From Lama guanicoe (lineage: Eukaryota): DNA of 64,000 bases. The notes below the pieces were generated by a model. It made no database searches. It saw nothing but the letters and a program-made list of their open reading frames with translations, and had not been told where the DNA came from. The DNA is taken from assembly GCA_013239625.1 (NCBI GenBank), contig MU053934.1:3180399-3244398 (forward strand), written 5' to 3'. Shown here piece by piece: positions 13,479 through 26,427 of this stretch. The first letter of the stretch is position 1, and each line of letters opens with the position of its first letter. Position numbers and translations under genes: made by a program.

Positions 13479-16400
13479 AAGCAGGCACATCTTGGCTGAG
13501 CCAGAGCCACCCATCCACCCACCCACTCAGGCCAGGCTGTGCAAGTCCCTCACCTAGCACTACTCTGGGAGAGACAAGGGGGCCCTGGCATAATCTGGAG
13601 GCACCTGTCTGCATCCTTAAGACCCTGGGATCCCCAAAGACAGAGCATTTTCTTGGGATGGGGTGGGGAAGCACCACTCCAGCTGACTTCCTAGTTTTTA
13701 CATGAATTATTGCTCTCAGTGCTTAGAACAGGCCTGAGAGGTGAGGATCTTAGCACACTGGGCAGAAGGGAAAGCTAGAGACCCAGCTGGAGAGTCAGTG
13801 ATGAGACTAAGCCCATGTTCCCTCCCTGAAGCCCTATCTTTGATCCTCTTCTTGGCCAGAAGATTGGGAGCAGGAAATGGGGGACAGAGAAGCTCTTGGC
13901 CCCACTACAGCCAGCACCTGCCTTCCCACTAAATCTGTGCCTGATACTTCCAGTGCCTGTTAGCACCAGGCCCGCCAGGGACCATTAGCCAAGATCTACG
14001 GGCCTGCCCACCCACACCCGGCTGCAGCCTCCAGCCCCGATCTCCCATCTTCCCCACAGTGCCAGCCAGATTGGATAGAGCCCAGACTCTGAGTCAGAGG
14101 GGCCCAAGTTTGACAACTAGCTCCTTATTGGTGAGCCTGAACAAGCCAAGTAAACTCTCTGAGCCTCAGTTTCTCTGTTGGGAAAGTGGGAATAATTGTC
14201 GCTGTCTTATAGGGGAGTGGTAGTCAAACAAAGGGTGCAGAGACCTTAGCACAGGGCCTGGTATGCAGCTTGTACTCAGTAAATGGAGAGAGGCCCATCT
14301 CTCCATCCCCAGTGTTCCCTCTCAGTGCTCAAAGCCATCCCTTGGAGCTGAGCTAAGGCCCTCTAGGGCTTCCTTGCTAGGAGGAGACAAAAGGCAAAGG
14401 CTACTATTATGAATGACCAACCCAGGAAAATATAAGCTACAGATAAGATTTGGAAAAGGGCAGCAACTTGCCCGCAGACACAATAAGGAAGAGACAGGAT
14501 TTGAATCCAGGCCTGTCTGATTGAGACCTGAGCCCTCCCTGCTGGAACCCAGCCTTTCCTGGCCAGTCCAGCTGCAGCCAGAGCCTCTCAACCTGTGCCA
14601 CTGCTACCCAGCTCTCCCCAGTGCTCAACACTGCTTGAGGACCTGCTGTGTGCCTGGCACACCAGGCACCCACCATAACTCAAGGGCTACAGAAAGGGAG
14701 TCAAGAGGATGTTGAGATGTGCAGGGGGACCTGACCTGGTTTAGAGTGATGGGGAGACTTCTGGGAGGAAGGATAAGCTTGTTTTCACTCCTCAGGCTAG
14801 GAGTGGCATCACATAAGTGGCTCCTGCTGCCCACTGTTTGGAGTTTTTGCCCTCTGCCTAGAAGTCCTCCATTACTGTGTTCTGTCTTCTGGGACCCAAA
14901 ATGTGCTGCACAGAGAACCATCTGGCCCAGCACCTCAAGCCCAGCCAGAGGTCCGTTGTCTCAGGCCCACCCAGCCTGACTCCAGCCTCCTTCTCCTCCC
15001 TGCCAGCTGGACTCCAAACCCAGGATTCTCTCTCCTGTCACCTTTCCTGAGCACCTACTATGTGCTAGGCACTGCATGAGGCACATTTACAAATGTTAGC
15101 CCAGCCACCTGCTGGGCTGTCCCCCTCTTAGAGAAAAGGAAACAGAGGCACAGAGGTTAAGTGGATTTCTCAAGATCACACAGCTGATATATTCCAGAAC
15201 CAGGATTTGAACTCAGGTCTGTGAGACTTTGAAGGCCCCTACATCAGTGCAAATACCTGAAGGAAGACACTAGGACCTCTTCTATTGGGTCTGCCTCTCT
15301 TCCCTGCCCCTCTTCCTAATGACTCCGGAAGGACAAGATGGAGCAACTTGATTCGGGCTATTATCATATTTCTGCTTTGCTCTTCCCTCCTCCAGAAAAC
15401 AAATTATTTCATCAAATTACACCTTTAATCTGTCCTGGAGAAGGGGAAGGATGAGCCTCACCCCCTAGGAGGAAGCAGGGCTGATAATCAGCCCACCCAT
15501 CCATGTGCTAGGAACGGTTCCCTACGCTCTACCCTCCTATGATTAAACGCTAATTGCCGCCATGCTCTCAAATTGAGGACTTTAATTTCCTGAAACGAAA
15601 AGTACATTTCAATCAGTGCCTCTCCCAAACCATTCCTCCTAAGAGGAGCCAGTACCAAAACACAAGCTCCTCAAGGCCGCAGACACATGAGTCTACTTCC
15701 TGCAGGCCTGTCTTCCCCCTCCCCCACCAGGGCCACTTCTGTCCTTTTTAGGTACCACCCAGGAGATTCCTACAATTATGGGTTCCAACAAGTGAGGCAG
15801 GGCCCCCAGCCCTGAGGTCAGAACCAGACGACAAGGGCACAAGGAGGGTCAGCCACAGGCAGAGAGGAGAGGGAGGAAGGTGCTCCCGCCCCTCCCCCCA
15901 GGTCAGTCTGGTCCTTAGATGCTTCAACTCAGCCCAAGAGAATGGACAGAAGGCGGGAAGCCGGGCCCAGTGAGAGAGGAGGCTGGGAAGGAGGCAGTTG
16001 ACCTCCTCTCTCTGGGTCTCAGGATTCTCATCTGTCCCAAGGAGGGTCTGGGGAGGGACTCAGAGTCAAGAAATTTCTTTGGTCTGTGCCTCCTAGGCAC
16101 AGGTTGGGGACCAGGACTCAGCTGGCTGCAAATTAGCTACCTGAGATCCTGGAGGTGCTGGCTCACCAGGTCTGAAAAGGGGTCTATCTAGGAGCTGACG
16201 TTTTTTGAATTCTCCAACTCTAATGTGCTGCTGGGGGATCTGGGAACTGCCAGGCTAGTGCAGCCCCCTCAGTTGACAGATGTGAATGTGGGCCCAGAGA
16301 GGGTAAGTGTCAAGCTCAGGGTCACACAGCAAACTAGCCGGTTAGGCCAGATGACCTAACAGCCCTCCCAGTTCAGACACATCAAAGAAGGTGGAAAAGA

Positions 16401-16849
16401 CAGAGTGAAGGCGGGGTCGGATGTGGCATCCACTGCCAAGGAGAGGAAGGGTTGCAGAGCGGTCCAGAGCTGAGAAATCTCAAATTTCCACTTGGAACCA
16501 CGTTTCCTCTCCAATGTTGTGACCCTGAGCAAGTCACTCTGCCACCTCTGAATGTAGAGGGTGCTGGAGATTCGCATGAGGTCTCTCCAAAGTCCATTCT
16601 GGCTCCAGAATCCTCCAGTCAGGCCAGCTGGAATCATCATCATCTTCGCCATCCTGGCAGACATTTATTGAGCATTTACTAAGTCCAGGCACCAAGCTAA
16701 GCAAACTGCATGGGTTTTTCTATCCTTTCAACCGTCTAAGAGGGGTTCAGTTCCCTTATACTCCACCCTCCAACCCTCCCCCTCCGGCACTCGCCAACCC
16801 CTGGAGAGTAGCAAAGTGAGGCTCAGGGGGGCATCTCTCACAGCAGATC

Positions 16850-17660
16850 AAGCAGGGTGAACCGTCTGTCGGCATTCGAACCCAGTGCCAGTGACGGCAG
16901 CGCTCCAGGACCAGGCGGCGCACGGAAGGCCCGGCAGGGAGCCGCGCACCCCAGCCCGGGAGCTTGTCAGCCGGATGCCGAGGGGGCCTTCATCAAAGCT
17001 CAGCGACGCATTAAATCTCAGCTCAGCGACCTGCCCAGGAGCGCCTGGAACCGACTCGCAGCATCGACCAGAGAACAGCTGGGAAGCGAGCTCGGGGTGG
17101 GAGGCAGGGAGCCAGCACGGTCCCCTGCACTCGGGGACCGCCCCTCCTCCAAGCCAGGGGAGTAGGGGGGGTGGCAAGAGCGCGAGTGCACTGGGGGGGG
17201 ACACCGAATTTGGGGGGCGGTGCCAAGAGTGGCCCTTGAACGTCCGCTTTCCGTCATTCCCTTACTGCCTTCCCCCCCCCCCAACCACCATCACGTCACA
17301 CACCCATTTTACAGGTGGTTCGTCCTAGGTCAGGAGCAAGACTAGAACCAAATTGCTCTCCGCCCCGTTTCCAGGCCTGATTGAGAGACAGCGAGTGAGG
17401 GGAGCGGGTGGGGACCCAACCGGCACATGGAGGGAAACTTGGAAAGGGGCAGAGGAGGACATCCAGGAAGGCGCCCCCATCCGCACCCCCCGCACCCGCC
17501 AGAGCGGAGGCGGCAGGAGACGGAGCCTCGCCCGCGCCAGCGCCGCCGCCGCTGCCTCTCCCTCCGCGGCTCGCGCCTCCGCGCTCGGCTGTCCACCCCT
17601 CCCCCAACCGCTGTCGAGGCCCATTTCTGTGTCTCTGCTGTGTGACCCTAGGTGAGTGTC
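16850..17660. promoter_or_regulatory. CpG island, candidate lncRNA promoter / first exon
   Basis: CpG-dense (CGCCCGCGCCAGCGCCGCCGCCGC), GC boxes, a TCF/LEF-like CATCAAAG near 16991, and a consensus donor TAG|GTGAGT at 17652-17657 at its + strand edge. Confidence 0.7.
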
Positions 17661-20229
17661 TTAACCTCTCGGAGCTTTAGTAGTGGCCTCCGGTGTAGAT
17701 TTAAGTGAGAAAAAAAATATTGAAGACCCCAGTGATGGAATGCCACCCTTCAGTGAGTTAAAAAGGGGCAAATGTATTTGTATAAATTTGCTTTCCTCTA
17801 CATGTTTGCTTGTCTCTGCACAGACACCCTGGAAGGGAAGGGAAGTCGCAGGCGTAGCTGGCTGTCTCGTGACAGAGGACGGGGGAGGGAAGGTAGGAGA
17901 GCCGAAAAGACTGAGACCCAGCACTGCACACATTTATCTTTTAAATATTGAAATATATAAATACATTAGCAATTCCAACGAATAGGTTAAATAAAACGCA
18001 AACATTTACAAAACTGAACTTTAGGAATAATACTGGCACTGGAGGCGTTGTGAGATTTGTGTGTGAAGCAGACAGACACACGGAAGTTTCAGCGAACCGT
18101 CCTTTTTTTGATTGTCACTGCCGGCTCGCTGGCGCTCTTGCCTGCTCTCAATTGCTGTTCTTTTCTCCCCCACCTTCTCCCAGCCTCTTCTCAGTCACCC
18201 TCCCCTCCTCTTCTTCTCCCCTAAGCCCCTCCCTGGCCGCCCACCCCCCAGTCTCTTTCCTCCAAGGAGGAGGGGCGGCAGGGGTATGTGACAGTGTAGC
18301 CAGAGGAAGGGATGGGGCAGCCGCGCCTCCCCACTAGCCTGTCACAGCATCCTGAGGACCCCCTCATGCTGCTCATGGCCCACTTCTCACTGGCAGGCTC
18401 CTCCTCCCCACCCCTCGGGGGGCTCCTCCAGTCCTTCTCTTCACATATAGGCAAGGATGTACCCAGAAATGACTACAAGTAATCGGTACCTAGGGCCAGT
18501 CTGAGGTGTGGCAGTGTAGCCTCAACCCACAGCAGTATGGGGCTGGCCCAGGAACTGTGAACCTTTTCAGAATCCAGGCAGCAGCATCTCCCAGGGCTCC
18601 GGGGCAAAGGATAATGGATCCCCTAACAGCCCCAGGAAGCTGGTGTGAGGCAGGCTGGGAGCCTATGGGACTCAGTCTGAGGACCCCCTAGAAAGACCCT
18701 CCTGGATAGTCTCCGGCCTCACTCCCCCTCCAGGCCTCTGCCCACAATGCAGGTCTTAACAGACCCTTTTAATAGATGAAGCAATCGAGGCTCAGAGATT
18801 GAGACTTTTTCAAGGTCACAAGGCCTTGTTTTCTGGGCTCCAACATCATTTGGCCTCCAGCTGGATTTGGCCAATGGGAGAGACCCAGAATCTCTTTTCC
18901 TTGTCCCCTCCTAACTCTTCTAGTCACCCTGTGTAAGCTGTCCCCCATGGTGAGTCCTGCGTGTTCAGGCCCCAGCCTTGTTGTCCCCCCAACACACTCT
19001 CACTCTCTATGACTGCTGCTCCATCACCTCATCTAGGTTCCCCATCAAGCGCTTTTGCACCTCTGGACCACTTCACATGCTGTTCCCTCTGCCTAGGACA
19101 CGCTTCCTGAAGCTCTTAGCCTGGCTGGTCCATCCATCTCTCTGCTCAGCATCCTCTTAAGGAAGCCCCCTTTCATCTCCCAATCTTAATCCAGCTTGTT
19201 TCTTAGACTTCACGAATCCCTGCCTTCTCCCTCAAAGCCCTGGGCACTGCCTGAGGTTACATGTCACCTGTTTGCTTAATGTTGGGTTTTGCCATTGGAC
19301 CACATGCTCAGGAACTCTAGGCGAGAATGGCATGTTGTCTTCTGCACAGCTGTGGCCATGGCCCCAAGGTCTGATGCTGTGCCTGGGTGTAGCCATCATC
19401 AGTCACCACTTGCTGAATGAACGAATGTATGAATCTATGGAATGATCAGTGAATAGCAGGAGTTGTAGATGGACACATGGGTGGGGTCAAATCACAAAAG
19501 GCCTTAAGTGTTAGACTAAGGAGGTGAATGGGGCCTAGGGAAAGTCTTTCTACCTTCCCTTTCCTCATATGCCTCACTTGCTTATGTCCCCAAGCTCACA
19601 GTGAGAGCACAATAAATATATTTTGCAATTCTTAAAAGCTTTCCAGCCACCCTGGCTCTCTCCAAGCACACACATGCTGAGTTTGAGGGCCAGGAGGAGG
19701 GGACTGTCAGGCAGTGTGGATCACCAGGAGGCCAGAGCCCCAGATCAGGCTCTTCTTTGCCTCAGGTGGCCCCTCAGGCCATGTCTCTTTGCTTGCCTGT
19801 CCCCTCCCTTACCCAGAGAGCCCCAGGGAGGGGTGATGTCAGCACAGCCCAAGGCAATCCACAGGGTCTGGTCACCAGGTCGGTCTCAGAAAAGAGATGC
19901 TGGGACCTGCACAGAGACATGGCAGTCCCTGGCATGTTCCCCCATCAGACCCTGGGACTGAACCAGCCCCTGACCCTGCCCTGGGCAGAGCTGGGAGGCT
20001 GCCCTGACTATGTGAGCACTGCACTTGGAGTCTCTCAACCCTCAGAGCTCATAGTTTCTCTTCCTCCGTGAAATGCGGGCATGCCACACAAACTGGGACA
20101 CTGACAAGGATGGAGAGGAACAGGAAAGAGGAGGCGGAAAGGATATGGGATAGGGCACAGCTTGGGCAAGCCCTGTGGTCTCTCTGTGCCTCAGTTTACT
20201 CATCTGTTAAAAGAGGCTATCTGAATCTC

Positions 20230-20545
20230 CTAAGTGAAGTAAGCCAGACACTAAAGGATAAATATTGCCTAATTCCACATATGTCAGTTACCTCAAATAG
20301 GCAAATTCATACAAACCGAAAGTAGAACAGAGGTTACCAGGGGCTCAGGGAGGGAGGGAGAATGGGAAGTATTGTCTAAGGGGTAGAGTTTCTGTTTGGA
20401 AGATGAAGAAGTTCTGGGGCTGGATAAGGGTGATGCTTGTGCAGCGTCATGAATGCGCTTAGTGCCACGGAACTGTACACTTGAACATGGTTAAGATGGT
20501 AAGTTTTATGTTACGTATATTTTACCACAGTTATTTAAAAATACC
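20230..20545 (+). mobile_element. L1MB-type 3'UTR fragment
   Basis: TAAGTGAAGTAAGCCAGACAC..GGCAAATTCATAC..AGTAGAACAGAGGTTACCAGGGGCT..GAACTGTACACTT..ATGGTTAAGATGGTAAGTTTTATGTTACGTATATTTTACCACA. Confidence 0.85.
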
Positions 20546-23500
20546 AAAAAAAATAAGGAAGTGGTCGGCCTTTACCCCACAAGGCTGGCTGGGCCCCCGC
20601 CAGGTATGGGTGTGGGGGCATGAGCTCTGAGGGACTGTGTTGAGCTAGGGGCCATGGAAGGGCAGCCCAAAGCTCTGTCTTCCTCCTCGGGCCTGGAACC
20701 AGCCCTGAGCTCAGGGTAGGTGGAGAGCAGGAGCCCGAGGACCCAGTGATGAGCCAGGGATATGCTGCAGGCTCTGCTGGCCAACCCCATCACCATCACC
20801 TGGTCTGCACCTCTACTGGCATCTCAGGAAAGCTCTGTGCCTTCCGTAGAAGGCAGGGCATGGATCATCAGGCCCATTTTCCAGGAGAGGAGACTGAGGC
20901 CCCAACAGGCTCAAAGCCACCCACAATCCAACAGCCTGGGCTATGGCAGGTGGAAACTGCGAACCCACCCTGGAGCCTCTTCTGCTACATTTAAACCCAG
21001 CCCAGCATCTGGGAGCTATTTTTGGAAATAAGCACTGCCTGGTCCACACCCTGTTCAAACCAGATCCCCCTCCCATCCCTAAGTGTTCCCCTTAGTCGGC
21101 AAATGCCTCAACAGTCTCCCTTCCTCCCCTTCTCCAGTGGCCACCCTGGGAATATCCTCAAAGAGAAGAAAGAGGCAGAGGAGGCTCCGAAAAAAGCCAA
21201 ACATCCCAGTGAGAAGCTGCTGTTAACCTCCTGGGAAGCTCCAGAGGAGAAATAGCAGGGAGTGGGGAGCTTGCCCAGCCTCCCCCGCAGTGATGGAGAG
21301 ACGGAAGACGGGTGTCAGGTGGCGAGTAGGCGGTGAGGCGCTTGGAGTCCAATGAATTCAATCACAAATCCCCATCACTGTCTGGCGGCACCTGCTGAAT
21401 GCTCAGAGGCCTCTGCAGACACAGTAAACCTGGAGAAGCTGGCATCACAGATATTAACCCCATTGTACAGATGAGAAAAGTGAGGCCCTGGCAAGGCAAT
21501 GGACAAATGGGCATGGCTCCACCAAGGTCACACAGCTGAAAAATGCTGGCTGGGACTTGGGAACCACCTCTGTCTGAAGCTGAAGTCTGAAAGAGGCAAG
21601 GACAGATGGAGAGAGAGAGAGAGATGGAGAGAGGGAGGGAGGAAGGGAGAGAGAGGGGGAAAGAGCAAGTGAGAGGGACCACGAGGAGAGAAATCCACTG
21701 TCCTCACCAGCAGCCATGGGGGCCACTATACAAATGGAAATTACATGCTGAGTGGCAGAGAAGGACTCAAATTGGCCAGCGGGTGCCCAGGAGCTGCAGG
21801 GGCTCAGTGCCTCCCCCACCATTTCTGTCCACTTTGTAACCTACTGCCCATCTCGTGGCTGATTGCCATGACACTTGCCCTCCCTCCCTGCCCATCCAGG
21901 CCCTCCCGTCCAGGTTCCGAGCCAGGGAGTGCTCACCACAGCTGGGCCGTGCCCAGCTTTCCCGCCCAGCTCAGGGCTGAGTTCCGGGTGCTCACCCGCC
22001 TGGGCCCAGAGTGGGGAAAGAAATCCGAAGATCTGGGTCTCGATCCCTACTCTGCTACTGGGTGGCCTTGGGTAAGTCACTTTCCCTCCCTGGGCCACGT
22101 TTCCAAGATGATGAAACATTTTCCAGATGATTTTATTTCTGGGGTTGTTCATGCTATCTGACAACAGCTCAGAGAAATGCTGTCTGGCATTGGATGCCAT
22201 CTGGGGAGCACTGATTCTGGAGTCCAGAGACGGGGTTCAAATCCTGACTCTTGTCCATTCCTTAAGCACCTGCTATGTGCCAAGTGCTGGTCCAGAAAGA
22301 CTGGAAATACTGAAATACTGGTTTCTTTGGTGACCTCTAACCCTTAACCGTTCTGAACCTTGGTTTCCTCACCTATAGAACAGGCTGGTGCGGGCAGCGC
22401 CCTGCCCTCTGAACAAGGAAGAGGCACCAACGAGACCACTGAGGGGAATTTCAGATCACTGCTGACATCCTCTTCCTGCCAGGGCTCTATTTTCTGACAG
22501 ACCTCAGCACAAAGGCAGGCTGGCCACGTACCACTTGTGTTACCCTGTAGAAAGCCCTGAGATAACATGGCTTGTCTGTATCGGAGAGGATGCAGGCTTG
22601 TGTCCTCGGAGGCTGAGTCTTCCCAGGAAGGCCCCCATCCTGAAGGGCTGCAGAGAAGATGGGAGAAACAGACATTTCTTCACATCGGGCTCCTCCTCCC
22701 AAACCTTCTGTGGCTCCTCATTGTCCTCCAAGTGAGACAGACTCGTCTGGGCTTCCAGGCCTTTCAGAATGGGATTTCACTTCCCTTCTGTCTTTCTCTG
22801 CCACTATCACTTCCCTGGCTCCACCCTCCCCTCCAGCGGGGCCTGCATCCCCCACATCCCCCTCGGAGAGCACCCACCACACCACCCTAGTTTACTCGCT
22901 CCATTCTGGCTGGAAGGGACCGGCCTGTGCAAAGTCTCCTGGTTGTGATGAGAAGGGCGGGGACCCTAGAGACACGATTGAGTGTGGCTGCCCCTCCCAG
23001 GCCCCCCTACTCCCAGATCCCACAGCCACCCCGGGGTTTTTTTTTCTACCCTGCTCCTCTGGAAATCCCACTCAAATTTCTCCGGGGGCCTGGGAGACGC
23101 TGGGCTTCACTGTTGATTTTTCACAAGTGATTATTGGCGGCAGAATTTGTCACCTGCACAATGAAAGGAAAATGAACCTTTCATCAGAGCCAGCCTTGGG
23201 CCCCTGCAGAGGCTTGAAGAGCTGGAGAGGGAGAGGTGGGGAGGGGAGGACAAGGGAGCCACATTTATCAGCCTACTCCGTGCCTAGCTGGGCGGACAGT
23301 TCTGTTTCAAGCCCCTCTCCACCACTGGAGCAAGGAGAAACTGAGGCACAGAGATCTTGAGAGATCTACCAAAGGTCCCACAGCAGCTAAGGGACAGTCT
23401 TGGCTAGGGAGCTTAACTGTGCTCACTCAACACCCCATTAATGCAGGCAAGATGGGTCTTGTGGGGTTCAGGTCACAAAAGCTGAAAGAAATATGGCAGA

Positions 23501-25134
23501 TGGTCTGGTCCAAGGCCTCCATTTCACAGACAGAGAGACTGAGCCCCACGGAGGGGCAGGGACTTGCCAAAGACACACAGTGAGGCACTGGCAGGGCGGA
23601 GACTAGAACTAAGGCTCCTGCCCTCAGGCCAACCTCCTTCCTCTGTCCAAGAATCCCGTGTAGTGAGGCCAGTAGCTGTCCCCAGCCCAAAGGTCTAGGC
23701 CACACATGCCCCCACCCTCTCCCTTCGCTCTCCCTCCCTCCACAGAACCATGGGCACTGTAATCCCAGTTCCTACTGGAGGGCTGCCCCATTAGCTGCCT
23801 TCCCCAAGCCTCAGTTTCCCCAGGGAAACTGGGTACCACATCAACCCATTTCTTGGTCTGCTGGAAGGACCAGTAGACAGGTGCCTGGCGCAGAGAGAAG
23901 CCCGGCCGGCCGCAGCCCGCCTCTCCCCCAGCAGGCCGCCTCCAGTCTGAGATTTCTGTCTGTCTCCCTCTCAGCCCCCAAGGCTCCACTGGCTGTGTTT
24001 CCTGCCTCCTCCACCTCCACCTTGGCGGGCTTCCCTCCCAGCTGCTAACCCGCCTTGCCCCCTCCCCAGGGCTCCCGCTGCTCAGTGCCGTGAAGATGAT
24101 CAAAACCCCAGCTGCCAACCGGTGAGGGAGGGAGAGGCGGCAGAGAGCAGACTTGATGGCACTTTTCATCTTGGCTCAGAGACCTCCGTGTCCCCCTACC
24201 CACTCAGCCTCTCCCTCTCTCCCTCCCTCCCTCTCTCCAGCACCCCACCCTCTTCTATCCCTACCAGCCCCCTCCAAACACCCAGAACCCTCCTGGCCCT
24301 GAACTCAGTCCAGTCACCAGTCTCCTCCAGCCCCTAGCCCCCTTCCAAACCCTCAGGCCCCTCCAGCTCCCTGGCCCCTCACCCTTTCTAGTCTCCCACC
24401 CCTAGACCCTTCCAACCCCTCAGCCCTCTCCAGACCCCTCTGGATTGCCCCAACCCTCCTGCTCCTAGTCACCCCCAATCTCCTAAGCCCCTCTGCCTCT
24501 GCCACTTGATCCCTTGGGCCTGTCAAATATTGGGGTGGGTAGAGCGGTGGGGAGCGGGGAGAAAGGGTGGAGGGGCTGAGCATCGCTCATGCACCTGCCT
24601 TTCTGTCTCCCAGACCAACAGGACCAGCAGTTCCTACACTGCAGTGACACCAGCCACCACCCCTCCCACTGCCCAGTCACCAGGGCCCACCACCCTCTCT
24701 AGATACAAAGTGACAGACACCCTCTTGCACTGGGCTGGCTGTACCGTGTCCACACCCACCACCACCACCACCTCACACACGCACACACACAGGCATGAAA
24801 CGCCACAGACACACACACAGCCCCCCAACACACATACACACACTACCCCACAGACAACTCAAACTCACACAAACCTCACACACACCACTCCCCCAGCAGC
24901 TCCGACCCCCCACAGAAGCCCCGGGACTCCCGGCTCTCAGGGGCCAGGTGGACAGAGCGCTGGGAGCAGACAAGGCCTGGTCTTGTGTGCCTCTTGTCAC
25001 ACCCTAGAAGATTCTGCCTCACAGCCCACCTCTGCTGCCCTCAAACCAGCTACCTTCCTCCCCTGCTCCTCACCCTGGTGCCTCTGCTGGTGACAGGGGG
25101 TGTAATAATGTCACTATGGCCCTGGTCACATTAT

Positions 25135-25162
<28 letters not shown>
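25135..25162 (+). repeat. (CA)n microsatellite
   Basis: Direct reading. Other CA/TG tracts at ~10344-10362, 24750-24890, 27050-27120 and 60988-61015. Confidence 0.9.
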
Positions 25163-25165
<3 letters not shown>

Positions 25166-26238
25166 CACCCCTTACCTGAAGACTCCCATATCCCAGCCTT
25201 CAGGGGAAGCTCAAACTCCTTCATGGTCTTCCAGGATCCTCAGACACCTGCCTCCGCTGCCTTCTTCCTCTGTTCCCTCAGCCAGCAGGCACCCTGCCCT
25301 CCCCCCCCCCCCTACCTGCTCTCACCCTGCTCTCTCCAGCAGCACAGCAGCAGGCAGGGTTCTCTTCTCTGTGCCTCAGTTTCCTCATCTGTGAAGTGGG
25401 AAGGTCATGGTACCCACTCCATCAGGTTGTTGGATTCCTTAATGTGAGACTCTTAGAATGGCACCTAGCACCTAGTAAGCACCCAATTAATGTGAACCAT
25501 CTTTACCACCCCTTGCCCCCTCCTCTGTGCGCTCTGCCAGGTGGTCCTCCTTGGTCCCTTTCTCTGCCTGCTGAGCACCACTCTCCCATCAGGGGCTGGC
25601 CCAGGTGCATCTCCCCAGGGATCTGCCTCTCTCTTCTGGGCCTCTCTCCACCTCAGCAGTACCCCCATCACAGGAGTTGAATCGGCCTGTGACCTGTCTG
25701 CCCCCTCCCTGCCCCCACCAGACTCCGCACCTCCTCCTTGCCATCCCCACTCTTTCCACCCTCTTTGTCTGTCACTGTGACATTTCCTCTGCCAGGAACA
25801 CCCTCTCTGCTGCTCCCTCCCATCTCCTCATAAGCCACCTCCTCCAGGAAGCCCTCCCCATATGCTCTTCAAGGTGACTCTGGGTGATATACAGGCTTTG
25901 GCCTCAGGGATGAGCTGGGTTCTCTCCCTGTCTCTGTGACCTCAGGCAAATTGCTCCTCCTGCCTGAGCCTGAATTCCTTATGTGCAAAATGGTGCTAAT
26001 GACACATTTAGGTTAGTAGGTGCTCAACTAATCCTGAGACACTGACCTCTCCCCCCATGCAGGGCCTTCCTGGACTTGGCTGTAACTCCCCCATGACACG
26101 GGCCCCCCACACCTGTTGACCCTGTATGGATCCTAGTGCAGCCCTTCCCATATGTTCTCACCCGAGTCCTCTCCACTACCCACTCAGACAAATCCCACCA
26201 ACCTCTCTGGACCAGTTTCTTTGTCACTGAAATGGAAT

Positions 26239-26427
26239 CAGCAGGGAGGGTCTAGCTCCTTGGTAGAGCCCCTGCTTAGCACGAGCTCCTGGATTCAATC
26301 CCCGGGACTTCCATTGAAAAAAAAAAAAAGTAAAAATAAATAAATAAATAAACCTAATTAACTCCCCTGCCCCCCCCAAAAAAAAAGAAAAAAAAATTTT
26401 TAGAAAAATTTAAAATAAATTTTTAAA
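26239..26427 (+). mobile_element. tRNA-derived SINE, Vic-1-like (camelid), inserted into a MIR
   Basis: GGGAGGGTCTAGCTCCTTGGTAGAGCCCCTGCTTAGCACGAGCTCCTGGATTCAATCCCC (A/B-box-like), A-rich linker, TAAACCTAATTAACTCCCC, A-tail; TSD AAATGGAAT at 26230-26238 and 26428-26436. Confidence 0.8.

Noticed and set aside
17690..18140. AT-rich segment beside the CpG island (DNA transposon remnant or CNE)
   Set aside because: No TIRs or TSD found and no family recognised with confidence.
22345..22352. MYB consensus TAACCGTT
   Set aside because: Lies within a MIR fragment with no accompanying X-box; likely chance.
26244..26315. tRNA gene
   Set aside because: tRNA-like head of a SINE with A-rich tail and TSD; cloverleaf incomplete.
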